A stretch of 64,000 nt of DNA from the NCBI GenBank assembly GCA_043228905.1, contig JBHGNT010000005.1:10726001-10790000 (forward strand), given 5' to 3'. Position 1 is the first letter of the stretch; each line of letters starts with the position of its first letter. This document shows, one piece after another, positions 33,986 to 46,100 of the stretch. A model generated the notes under the pieces. That model was not told the DNA's origin. It saw only the letters and a program-made list of their open reading frames with translations, and ran no database searches. A program made the translations under genes and the position numbers. Source of the DNA: Azolla caroliniana (lineage: Eukaryota; Plantae; Polypodiophyta).

Positions 33986-35534
33986 AAGAAACTAAAAAAT
34001 AGAGACAATGATGATGAGAAAATAAAAGCCAATGAAAATGATGAGAAGAAACTAGGAGATAGAAATGGCGAGGAAGATAGGAAATGAAGCGATGTTGATG
34101 ATGGTACGGTGACGATGGTAACTCTAGAAGCAAGGGTGATGACGGAGACGAGTGATGCTTCTAGTTGGAAGGTGAACAAACTGTCACGGACACACCAAGC
34201 GTGGACTAAGACGGAGCACGGATGATGAGGCTACGACGGAGCAATGACGGAATGACACAAGAGCATAAAGATAGAGATGAAGATCAAGGAGAGAGGATGG
34301 GTGAAACGAGAATACTAGATTGATATGTCCATGACTAGCGTTGTTCACCTTGAATTCCTTCAAGGTGAACTCAACTATTTATACTAAGTGGCATGCATAC
34401 CTGTTGCATGCATGTGATACAATAGAGCATGTAGGTAGTAGGTACGCATGCATGTGCCAAGTGTTAATAATACAAGGGAGAAATTATGCACATAATGCTA
34501 GCTAAAACCTACAATGAGGAAGTATATACATGATTATATGCTAGATGTGTGGTTAACACATAACACTCGATTATAACATGGTCATGTCAAGAGTTCAATT
34601 CTTGACAATACGTACTATACAAATTATGAGGTATTATACGTATTTAAACGTTAAATGCAGGTACGTAAACAACCATGCTCACAAGGTAATCGCTCTTCTC
34701 TTTCTTGATAGTAGACCACAATCTTCCCGTCTATCGTTCGATGAGGATAAGACTCGAACCTCTGCCTTTTCGTTGCGAGTTGAGCACCGCCGCCGCCAAG
34801 CTAGTTCTTCTCTTGTCTTTTGAAGATTGTATACAGCTTTTACCTTCTCTCCCTCTTACTCTATTATGATCTCTTACAATATAATTTTGCTCAATTCCAT
34901 ACAATAATTCTATTCAATATGATTGTTCGATTCCTTGATGTCCTTGTAACTATACTCCCTTCTCCTTTTATAGGAAGGGGATGGTTTTGCATGTGGGCCA
35001 TATGTCACACATGCAAAGAGGGCTCTTGCATGTGTGCTATATGGTGCGATTGTAGTACATTACATGGTTTAGACTATACAATGCTACTTCAAATAAAACA
35101 ACACATTTTCTTTTATACATATGACAAGTTTGGTTCAATGGTAGGCTTTTAGGTTCATAATGTGGAGGTTGTTGGTTCAAGTTTTCTCTCGCCCATGTAA
35201 TACAATATATGGTGCACATGTAGTACATTATATGGTTTAGGATTTAAACCATACAATATTACTTCAAATAAAATAAGACATATATTGATTTATACAAATT
35301 ACAATTATAGGGTAAATGGTAAGGTTTGAGAGTCATAAGGTGGGTGTTATTGGTTCAAGTCCTCTTTTGTCCATGTAATTTTTTATTTTTTTTTGCCTCT
35401 ACATATAATGTATAATATTATCATAGTGTGTTTTTAATATTACCTTTATAAAACATTATGAAGATATATTTTATTTTAGTTACGTATTTATCTTTTTGTA
35501 GACTTTTAATGTGAAGCTTTTGTACTTCATGACA

Positions 35535-35680
35535 ACGTGTTAAACAGCACTATTTATACAAGTCCTCAAAAGGACTGACAGAAGTACTATGTACTTCAAT
35601 GCTCATACGAGCGACTGACACTACCTATGAGACAATGATTACCTAGTAGTCTAGGCTACTACTAGGCTTCCGATTTGCAC
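35535..35680 (-). repeat. Fragment of a copia-C-family LTR; probable insertion target of G1
   Basis: Reverse complement ATGAGCATTGAAGTAC...GTCAGTCC...GACTTGTATAAA resembles 8637-8708. Confidence 0.6.
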
Positions 35681-35781
35681 TCAATCCATCACGAAAGCGG
35701 TGTTTTCCTGGTCATTAGAATGCATACGGATCTAATTAAATCCGCTAAAGCCGTCTAAAAAACTATACATTTCATGCCCGG

Positions 35782-38163
35782 TATTAGAGATCTAGGTACT
35801 AAAGTAAGCTTAAGATAAGGATAAACTAATGATAGATAGAAAGGAGAAAGAGAAAGAAGGGTGTCGATCCACCCAACCACCCCCGAGAGAAGGGATCGAG
35901 ACGGACTCAAGCCTCGATCGGCGTCCCATACCACCGTCGTGGCGTCGAGTCGTACCTGGTGCTGGCGCGCTCGCTACAAGAGTTGACCCACCACAAGAGC
36001 AGAGTCTCGATGTAGTCAAAAGATGATGAAATAAGGGTAGCTAGGCCTCTTATTTATAGCGATACCCAAGGCCCCCAGGCAAGTTCACACTTGACCTAAT
36101 GGGTTGTCTCAATCCCGAGGATTAAAAGTAATCCTCCCCTTCTTTACACTCTCGTTTAACTCTCACACTAATCCACGTGTATAGAATACTACGGTAAATT
36201 CTCACCACGGGATATTATATGGTCATGCCCGTGATCTCTATATCGATTTTTTCATGGCGGCTCCCCGAGGCTCAACCATGTATGTTCGCGTCATGAGTAG
36301 TTTATACACGAAAAAAAATGTTAACAATAAACTATGTTTCTTTGCCCACATATGTGGTTTCGGCTCTTTAAGTCCTATTACGAGGACCCCGAGGTGCACT
36401 TAGACCTTAAGTCTAAACATGTGTTATAGTCATATGTATCAAGGATGTTGTATGGTTTTGGTCATATTTGAACTCGAGACCTCGAGAACAAATACATTAA
36501 ACACTTGAGCCAACCAAGTAAGTTGCTCTTCTCGAATGCTTAATGTTCGATGCGTATAAGGGATATGCGAGGCATTTGATCATATATGTTTTTTTTAAAA
36601 GAACATATATGTCAAGGGTCCTGATTTCGCCCTCATTTACCAAAACTATGTTGGTACGTTACCTAACCTCAAGTCTCGTAATTACGATGGCATACGCCAA
36701 AGTGCAACCTAATGGTCAAGCCAAATGAGCCCTCGTTTTGTAGTAGGCCCACGTGGCCCATCACATGCTCACGTCATTACGAATGCCTCTCGTAAGAACG
36801 AGCTCATGGTGGCATCGTATCCATGTAACGAGGGAGGGATGTTGGATACGTGTGTCATTGGAGCGACCTCACTTGAAGTGGGTCAAGCCCTACGTACTCA
36901 ACATCATTATGGCTATAGGCATTTCTTTACGTAACGAAATCGAGGTCATCAACGGGGTTTTCAACAATCAAAAATTGCTGAAAAAGGGATGGTGACAACG
37001 CCATTCTCACAAAAATGTGAGGACGGCCACCAACATCCTTTTCCCGACAAGGACAACTTTCGATATAATCACGTAATAACGAATATACACATATGTTTAC
37101 TTATCACATATATACGATCAAATACGTATATACTTGACCACATATGCCTATATTAAACATATCGTTATATTAAATAGCCACAAATGATGTGATCGAGGTA
37201 CGTAATCGAGGTATATACCTCTACGCACACGAAACATCCACAAATAAGAGATCATCGTAATACGAAATTGAGGTATTGACCTCTTACGCATACGAGACCA
37301 AACGCATATCCTTTACAACAAATCAAGATATTAAACTCATACGCAAACGTAACATATGTTCGTGAACGTAATACGTAATTGAGGTATTAACCTCGTACGC
37401 ATACGACACTCATCACATATTATTTATATGTCAAACGAGGTATTGACCTCGTGCACATATGTAAACGTTTTAGATAATCAATTAAAGACCACTACAACAT
37501 CATTGACTTAATATAAAAAAATGACATATAAACTAAACACATGATTAGATGGGAGAAGAGAGAATAGAAAGAAAAAAAATTACAGAAAGAGTTACCGAAG
37601 TTCTTTGTTGATCGTTGTCTGGATCAAGGCCGACCGCACATCGATCAATCACCATCAATCAAAAGACAAAAGACAAACAAAGAAACATTAGTACATATCT
37701 CTGATACCAAATATTAGAGATCTAGGTACTAAAGTAAGCTTAAGATAAGGATAAACTAATGATAGATAGAAAGGAGAAAGAGAAAGAAGGGTGCCGATCC
37801 ACCCAACCACCCCCGAGTGAAGGGATCGAGACGGACTCAAGCCTCGATCGGCGTCCCATACCACCGCCGTGGCGTCGAGTCGTACCTGGTGCTGGCGCGC
37901 TCGCTACAAGAGTTGACCCACCACAAGAGCAAAGTCTCGATGTAGTCAAAAGATGATGAAATGAGGGTAGTTAGGCCTCTTATTTATAGCGATACCCAAG
38001 GCCCCCATGCAAGTTCACACTTGACCTAATGGGTTGTCTCAATCCCGAGGATTAAAAGTAATCCTCCCCTTTACACTCTCGTTTAACCCTCACACTAATC
38101 CACGTGTATAGAATACTATGGTAAATTCTCACCACGGGATATTATATGGTCATGCCCGTAACA
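35782..38163 (-). mobile_element. Internally deleted chromovirus-related LTR element (LTRs plus leader only)
   Basis: LTRs 35782-36232 and 37712-38163, TSD CCCGG/CCCAG, iMet PBS 37698-37709; LTR motifs (GGTATGGGACG, GGGGTGGTYGGGTGGA) are shared with the 56028 element; gag-pol and PPT absent. Confidence 0.85.
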
Positions 38164-38240
38164 CCCAGCTATGGCGTCGAGTACACCATCTGTGAAGGGA
38201 AGGGGAAAACCATATGTAAATGTCACCGCATTGAGCTTTC

Positions 38241-38669
38241 TATAAAGAATCAGATATGATTCTTATTTGTCGGTTGTGACTCCTTGTAATGCTACATTTT
38301 GTATTTGCTATTTTACTTGTCAATATACACCTTCTTGAGTACTTCATTTTTCTTTCATCTATCTATCTTGTATTTTCTCTTCTCTCATCTTTTTCCTCTC
38401 ACACATACACGTATGAAGTAGGAGAAGGGTGCTTTATATAAGGTCACCCTCTCTCTTCATTAACTCACTACACTAACTATTCTCTCTTGGGGAATGTGAA
38501 GACTCATAGTCATGGGGAATATGGAACTCATTAGTTATGTGTCATAGAATATGATTCTATGACACATAGTTAATGTGTAGAGAGTAGTGTGACTCTTGAC
38601 CTTTGAGTGATCATAGATTCTCAAAGGGTGTGTTCACACATTCCATTAGGTTGAGCTTGATTCTCAACA
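38241..38669 (-). mobile_element. Solo LTR (copia B/C-like terminus) inside the RT of element D
   Basis: Minus-strand start TGTTGAGAATCAAGCTCAAC; TSD CTTTC/TTTTC; removing it restores the RT frame. Confidence 0.8.
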
Positions 38670-41600
38670 TTTTCAATAGTCGACACAAACGTGAATTTTC
38701 CCGTTCTTCTTTGGTACGACTACAATCGGACTCAGCCACGTTGCCTACTTGATTGGTCTAATGAACCCGATTTTCAAGAGCTTATCGATTTCTTCTTTTA
38801 TGCGAGCCGTGTAGTTTGGGTTCATATGGTAATGCCTTTGCTGGACGGGCTTTGCATCCGTCACCAGGTTTATCTAATGTTGGTAGAACTTTGGGTGCAG
38901 CCCCTTCATCTCCTCATGAGACCATGCGAATACATCTTTATATTCATGCAACAGGTCGATCATGGCCGCCTTTTCTGAAGGAGGTAAGTCCTTCGCTATC
39001 AACAGAGGACACGGCTCATCGGAAGTCTCGACATTGATTTCCTCTAAAGCTGATGCCGTGACGCATCGAGAGATTTCTGTTTCTTGATCGAACACCTCTT
39101 GTGCCCTCGGAGTTCCATGAGGGCCTCCATATCAGGTTCGCAGTCTTCAGCTCCAGCTGTTGTAGGCGTGGTGTAGGCTCCGACTGTCTCGATGACATCG
39201 ATTTCAAAAAATGGCACGATTTGAGGGTTCTCTTCCAGATAATTTTCCAATTCCTCATCGTCTAACCCCTCGAGCATGTGGACTTCCTCTAAGTACAACA
39301 GGTTCGTAGCTTTAGTGGGTGGGTGCTTTACTGTGTTGGCACCCGAACCTTGGCTCAGCCTTGGTGAAAACTCATGTTGTCGTACTACCAATTTTTCTTG
39401 ATGTTTGCCGAGTGCAACCATGGTCGGCCTAATAGTAGGGGGTAAGCGCCAGGAGCATCAAGGAGGTTCAATACGACGGCCGATATCTCAAATGTATGTC
39501 CGCCTATCACGATCTTTAACTTACAGAGTAGACCCAGTGGTTGGACAGGTCATGTATCTGCCATGCAGAGCCAGAATGGGCACACTTCCCAATCTATAAT
39601 GTTGAGGCTGATGCAAGTGGCTTTGCTAATGACATTCACCCAGAACTGCCATCGACTATACACCCTGAGATTTCCTCCCCTTGTAAGATGACCTTAATGG
39701 CCAGGTTATGGTGATCCATCACGGCCGACCCTGTCGTGGATTCGGAAAAAATTGGTTGGAATCATTACATGGTCTCTTCTACACATACGGTTTTCTATTG
39801 CTTGCTAGAATCGAGGGACCAAATTTAACAGCTTGTTCATTGTGAAGGTGATCTGGTAGTCTGTGAGGGCTTGCCATACCGGATCCTCATCCGTCGTAGT
39901 GCCCTCCATACGGGACGATGATGCCTCAACTTCCGCGTCCTGATGCATGCAATCAATGTTAACCTCATTGGCATTTTCTACCTAGGCTTTTGCAGCTTTT
40001 CTTATGTCATCTTGCACTTCCCACTCGGCTACCTTTGACTGGCTACAAGTGGTCACCAGTTGTACTTCCGTCATGATCATATTCACCGCCGGTTCCTTGC
40101 CCATATCGCATCACAGGCACTGATTCATGCAATGCCCTAGCTGTTGAAAGATAAAACAAAGTAGACTAGACTCACCTTTTTCTATTGTGGGTTGAGCCAT
40201 GGGCTCGAGTGGTGGTGCAGCCTCATCGTGAGGTCGTTGTTGATACTGATGTTGCCACGTATTCTGGGGCTTCCTGCACTAATCACGGAGATTGCTATTC
40301 TGGGAACAACCTCGGTCTTCCTCCGAAGTGTCATCGTGGGACTGCTAGTTACGTGGTTGTTTGACACCTTTGTACGTCCCTGTTTCAGCTTACCCACCTC
40401 GATTGTTCGTGGAGCGCCAATTCTTGCAGTGTCGCCCTCTGTGATCGTTATACCGGTCATTACGATGATAGTCATCTTCCTCTTGATCATCATCTTCCCA
40501 ATATTGATCATCATCTCGACTATTACAGTCATTACGCCGAGTGTCCCGGGTTAAGGCAAATTGTGCATTGAATGGCCTGCCGGAAGCGATACTCGTTGTC
40601 CAGCGGTAATGCCTGCTATAAGGATGTCATGGACATTCCTTCGTCAGTGTCTTCCAGCTCCTACTGTAAGGAAGAACCCGGTCGATGACCGTGTCCGTTG
40701 TCTGGCCCGTAAAATCGAGCATGCCCAACGTCGTTCGCATGGGTCGGCACAAAGCAGCGAGGAAGGTTTCCTTAGCCCCATCCTCGGTAGGTGACCGTGT
40801 AAGCTGGCTTCTTAAGTTCTAGAACCGGATGATGAAATCGATGATAGATTCCTGATTGATCTTCCGGATAGAGTAGAACTGACCAATGATTTTGTGTTGT
40901 GGAACACTCCGGTGAAACAGTCAAAGGAAGGCCTTGTGGAGCTAGTCGAAAGTCGTGAAAATCGAGAGATCGAGTTGCGAATGCCACCACATTGCTCGTC
41001 CATCGAGGGTAAGCCTAAACTCTATGATCTTAGAGGCGTTGGCATCGGCCTCCGCTAGCCACTACGACACATGGTTTGTGTTCCATACGTTAAGAAAAGA
41101 TCATGTGAGAGCCTCAGCATTGGGTTCACTGTTGTAACAAGGATAAGAGAAGGCCATGGTTGCGCATGTATATCGTCCGAGGTTGGCGTAGGTGGGCTCG
41201 GTCGGAAGTGGTGGGAGGTTTTTCTCAAAAGTGCTACTAGTGCTTTCAATGACTGGGTGCAACTATGGGGAGAGGACCTCCTGACCACTCGTGCTCTGCT
41301 CGGTGAGCATGGACTCAAACACACTTTCGTCGAGATTCGGTAAGCGGGTGTCGAGGCGTGACTTTTCCACAGCAAGTTCTGCCACATTTCGGGATTCTGC
41401 CTAAGACTGGGGTTTACCTTTGCGATTTGTTTCGCTGCTGCCTCTGCCGCTAGACAACATCCATCCTACGATGTTCAACTGTGCTTGTCACAGATCTCCG
41501 GGCGTGCCAAAAGTGTTACCGGTTAAGGTGATATGGTGTCGAATCCTCGGTCCTTTGGGGTTCGGCTCAAGGGAATCGTGGTTCAAGCAGGAATGGGAGA

Positions 41601-42402
41601 GTAAGTGGTAACCGTGATATGGGTGACTATACACTGGACTCGTAAGTGTTGACCTAATCGTGAAGACTATGGAGATTAGGAAGACGGCTACAACCGACTT
41701 CTTATGCACTAGCACACAAAGCATATATGGCTCAACATAGAGAAAATAAACTCGGCACAAACAGATATGAACAGTTACGAGAACACAGAGAGTCAGGCAA
41801 TAACAAACTATATTTCAGACATTGAATACAAAATTATCGCTAGCTTTTCACAAGTTTTCCATGCCCTTTATATACAGGGTCATGGGCGGTTACGCTCGGT
41901 GCATGAACCATTACTTTCATTAACTATGCTACGGTTGTTACTCCCTCTTTACTACGTTATGGCCCCACCCATCTTCTTCGCTTGCTGTAACCGTCCCTTT
42001 GTCTTTCTTCTTCTTGAGTCTCGAGCTTTCCCACTTGGCCGTCCAAGGCGGCCAACATGAGCTAGAGAGAGTAACACAACCGGTTCATTACAAACTATTG
42101 GCGAATGAGGTGGAGGACAAGTTATAGAGCCAAGGAAGGTCAAAACTGGAAATGGAAGAAGAACTAGTAATGCAGAGTCCGTGGGAGAACATAGAGAACG
42201 CGAAGATGTCGGAGGCAATGCATCAGTTTGTTGTACTCACCCAACACAGGACCTGCCGGCAACTATTAGAATGGGTGGGGAACCAAGTTACCGGAGTGGT
42301 TGATCAGGTGGAAGTTGAACCCTAAACCCTAAACCGGCCTACACAGACAGAGCAGGTGACGGCTCTGATGGAACAACTGGCAGAGGCCAAGAACCATATT
42401 TA

Positions 42403-42948
42403 TGTTGGGGATATGTCCCTCCAGTGGGAGGAACTGATAGTTCGGAAGTAGCTGACAGTCGAAGAGTCGAAGGAACCGATTGTTCGGAAATAGTTGACAG
42501 TCGAAGAGTCGACAACAGAGCGTCAATTATTCAAACAGATTATTATTATTATTATAGTAATAATAATAGTAATGATATGTAGTAGTGGCTATAATTGTAA
42601 ATAGTCCATACAATGTATCAATATGAATACATCTAGGGCAAACATAGTAGTGTGAGTACAACAGAAGTAGCGTGTGAGCGTGTGAGAAAGAGAGGTAGAG
42701 AGAGAGATAACGGCACCATAGCTGTGTGAGTAACAGCAGGCGTCAAGAGTCTTCTGTGGCTGATACACTCCACAAAATGTTGTAATATCTCTGTTGTATA
42801 TCCACTGTATAGTGAAGTTTCTATTTTCCCGTGGTTTTCTCCTGTTTCTGGGTTTCCACGTAAATCTGTGTACTGTGTCGTTGTGTGACTTTGTTGTGTA
42901 TTTTTCAGTATCGTTTGATCTTGTGGTTTTACGAATCGATTCTCAACA
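42403..42948 (+). mobile_element. Solo LTR (copia-type)
   Basis: TGTTGGGG...CTCAACA, TSD ATTTA; CCGTGGTTTT...GGGTTTCCACG motif shared with copia E LTRs. Confidence 0.88.
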
Positions 42949-43110
42949 ATTTAAACGTTGGAAGAGGAGTCGCAATGGACCAAAGAGCTATTGGTTATCC
43001 ATGCAAATTTAGGCCAAGACAACATGACAGAGCCAGAGCCGGAAGAGCCGGAAACAGTACAAGTAGGGGCTCAGAGAGAAGAACCAATTGCAAGTAAAGC
43101 ACCGGAAAAA

Positions 43111-46100
43111 TGTTAGGAAACAGGTCCCTCCGAATGGGAAGTGAGAAGAACAGTGTTGATGAGCAAACTCGGCCGAGGCCGAAACCGGATGTGGTGTACC
43201 TGGCAACGGAAGACCCGGTAAGAATCGGACGTGGAGTACCCGGCTACGGAAGACCCGGTGAGAACCGGATGACGAGTACCCTGCAAGAGCCAGATGGTGA
43301 AGGCCCGATGAGAAATGCTCACCGGATGAAGGGACATATTCGTAAATATGTTTTTTGAGAGTCCATCGGGGCTATATTTGTAAATAGCCGAAAAATCATA
43401 TTAGTATAAATATGACTTAGGGCAAACTTAGTTTTTGTAGTAGTTGTCATTCTTGTTGGTGCAAGATTTGAGTGCGTAACTGTGTACAAAGAGAGAGAGA
43501 GAGAGGAAGAGGTTGTTGCCTCTGTTGTAACCACCGCCTATGGCGAAGATAGCAAGCTCGAGGTCGTTGCCTCGGTGCTTTACTATTGTACATTGTGATA
43601 TAGTGATAGTTTGCAGTCTGTGGGCTGCCGTGGTTTTTTCCCTAGTTTGGGTTTTCCACATTAACATCATGTGTACTCTTCTCTTTACTGTGTCGTGCAT
43701 TCATTACCCGTTTTCTATGTTTGATCCTAGGCTCGGTTATGGCCGAGCGTTGTTCATCGGGAGCGTGTATTCCTTTCAAATTGGTATCAGAGCGAAACGA
43801 CACAGAAAATGGACGAATCGTTGGGAGGCATGTTCAAGCTCACCAGCTCCAACTATTCAGTGTGGAAGTCGAAGATGAGGGACATGCTCGTGGTTAAAGA
43901 TCTTTGGTTGCCGGTTCAGTTCGGGGACAAGAGACCGGACAAAATCGATGCCACGATATGGGAGGTGATGCATATGAAGACAACGGCATACATACGGTGC
44001 TTCATCGACATGAGTCTATACAACAACTTCAATGAAGAGAGCAAGGCTCATGAGCTCTGGGAGAAGATCGGCATTATGTTTCAGAACAAAAATGTTGTTA
44101 ATCAGGTTTCAGTATTTTGGAAGCTAGTAAGACTCTGGTACCAAGATGGCTCCAGCATGGCGGAGCACATGAATGCCTTCTAGGGGCTGATCTACCAGGC
44201 AACATCATTGGAAGTACCTCTCGCCGATGAGGTACTAGCACTACTCCTGCTCGGTTCCCTCCCAGATAGCTGGGAGACGTTGGTTGTCACCTTGGGCAAC
44301 GCCGGGCCGGAAGGGAAACGGTTATCCCTAGCAAGAGTGAAGTCGAGCTTGCTAGATGAGGAGGCGCGTCGAAAAGACAAGGATACGAACTCCGACTCCA
44401 AAGCGCTCATTACCGAATCGGAACGCGGAAGACAAAGGAACCGTAGTCCCCAGAACCGGGAGAAGTTGGGGACACGGTCAAAGTCAAGGGGGGGGGCTAC
44501 CTGCTTCTATTGCAGCAAGCCGGGACACTTCTAGAAGAACTGTCAGCACTTCCGAAAAGACAAGGAAACCGATGGTGCCGATTCGAAGCGGACACCGGAC
44601 TAGAACGGTAAAGACCGGAGGGGGCCGGACCGGAAGGGAACGGCGGCAATCGCGGCAAGTGAAGAAGAGTTGATGTGCATCACCGAGGAGAGTTAGATAA
44701 ATCGCGGCAAGCATGGACCTCGAGGTAGACCAGCTAACGTGAAGATGGCATTCCTTCACGGTGACCTCGAAGAAGAGATCTACATGCAGCAACCAGAAGG
44801 ATTTGTGGAGAAAGGTGTTAGGAAACAGGTCCCTCCGGATGGGAAGTGAGAAGAACAGTGCTGATGAGAAAACGGATGAGGAGTACCCAGCTACGGAAGA
44901 CCCGGTGAGAACCGGATGAGGAGTACCCGGCAACTGAAGACCCTGTGAAAACCGGATGAAGAGTACCCGGCAACGGAAGACCCGGTGAGAACCGGATGTG
45001 GAGTACCCGGCAAGAGCCGGATGGTGAAGGCCCGATGAGAACCGGATGAGGAGTCCCCAGCAAGAACCGGATGAGGAGTACCCGGCAAGAGCCGGATGGT
45101 GAAGGCCCGGTGAGAAGTGCTCACCGGATGAAGGGACATATTCGTAAATATGTTTTCTGGGAGTCCATCAAGGCTATATTTGTAAATAGCTGAAAAGACA
45201 TATTAGTATAAATATGACTTAGGGCAAACTTAGTATATGCGTTGTTGTCATTCTTGTTGGCGTGAGATTAGAGAGCGCGTAACAGTGTACAGAGAGATAG
45301 AGAGAGAAGAAGAGGTTGTTGCCTCTGTTGTAACCGCCGCCTGTGGCGAAGATCGTGAGCACGAGGTCGTTGCCTCCGTGAGCTGTAATCATTGTGATAT
45401 AGTGATAGTTTGGAGTCTGTGGACTCCCGTGGTTTTTCCCTCTCAGGTTTTTCCACGTTAAACTCTCCTTTGTGTTGTGCGTTTCATTATCTGTTTTCTG
45501 TGTTCGATTCTAGACTCAGTTGTGGCCGAGTGTTGTGGAAAGGGAGCATGCATTCCCCTCAAAAGGGAAGGAGCACCTGGTTTGCCGGTTAAAGAAGAGC
45601 TTGTACGGACTGAAGCAGGCTCCCCGACAGTGGTACCAGAAATTTGACTCCTTCATGACCGATCAAGGGTACCACAAGACACAGGCCGATCACTGCGTGT
45701 TTGTGAAGAAGATTGAAGGAGGTGTCTTCTTGATACTCCTTCTGTACGTGGACGACATGTTGATAGTCGGACGGGACCAAGCCAAAATACGGATGCTGAA
45801 GAAGGCCCTCAACCGAACATTTGCAATGAAGGACTTGGGTCCGGCAAGACAGATATTGGGGATGCACATCATCCGGGACCGATCAAAGAAGCAATTGTGG
45901 TTGTCACAGGAGAAATACTTGACAAAGGTGCTTCAGCGGTTCAACATGTTAGAAGCAAAACCAGTCGGATCGACACTCCGGGCAAACTGCAGACTATTCG
46001 GTAAGCAAAACCCGAAGACGAAAGCAGAGAAGGCTGATATGATGAAGGTTCCATATCTCTCTACTGTCGGGAGCTTGATGTACGCAATGGTGTGTACTCG

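Larger units (their letters stand above)
28061..34607 (-). mobile_element. Non-autonomous chromovirus-derived LTR element (TRIM/LARD-like, ~1.9 kb without its hAT insertion)
   Basis: 426-bp near-identical LTRs 28061-28486 and 34182-34607, TSD ATACG, minus-strand PPT GGAGGGGGGATAA at 28487-28499, chromodomain remnant (VKYPVLWKGY...DFHQQYPLKP) next to the PPT, no tRNA PBS. Confidence 0.88.
27283..34677. mobile_element. Non-autonomous hAT-type element (~850 bp of own sequence) inserted in the G1 LTR
   Basis: 8-bp TSD CTCACAAG (27275-27282 and 34678-34685); imperfect TIR CAAGGTTGTT / AACAACCATG; subterminal ATACGT repeats. Confidence 0.85.
1..35534 (-). mobile_element. Outer Ty3/gypsy LTR retrotransposon G1 (tRNA-Trp primed, non-chromovirus, Phygy-like), degenerate, RT deleted, hosting most insertions in the first 35 kb
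   Basis: The LTR copy at ~12-981 matches 27161-27282 plus 34686-35534 (both end ...ACTTCA(C/T)GACA). PBS at 27023-27040. Gag, protease, RNase H and integrase remnants lie on the minus strand. The left end is outside the window. Confidence 0.9.
27046..35534 (-). repeat. G1 5' LTR, split by a 7.4-kb nested stack (LTR parts 27046-27282 and 34686-35534)
   Basis: Matches 12-981 across the insertion; TGTCG...GACA termini. Confidence 0.9.
35681..42057 (-). mobile_element. Old truncated Ty3/gypsy element D (Tat/Athila-like)
   Basis: RT WLSPIVVVPKKNGKIHVCVDY*KLNA...FPLPFTDGVLDAIAG|HEMYSFLDGFSG reads across two insertions; putative LTR 41514-42057 (TGTT...CCAACA); PBS TGGCACGCCCGG at 41498-41509 (tRNA-Arg type, by recall). 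Confidence 0.72.

Noticed and set aside
35810-36026. Duplicated small ORFs, also at 37740-37956
   Set aside because: They are the two LTR copies of one element.
43155-43190. Hammerhead ribozyme (TGATGAG...GAAA) in copia E LTRs, i.e. a retrozyme
   Set aside because: No proper stem II between TGATGA and GAAA, and no stems I/III with a cleavage triplet could be built.
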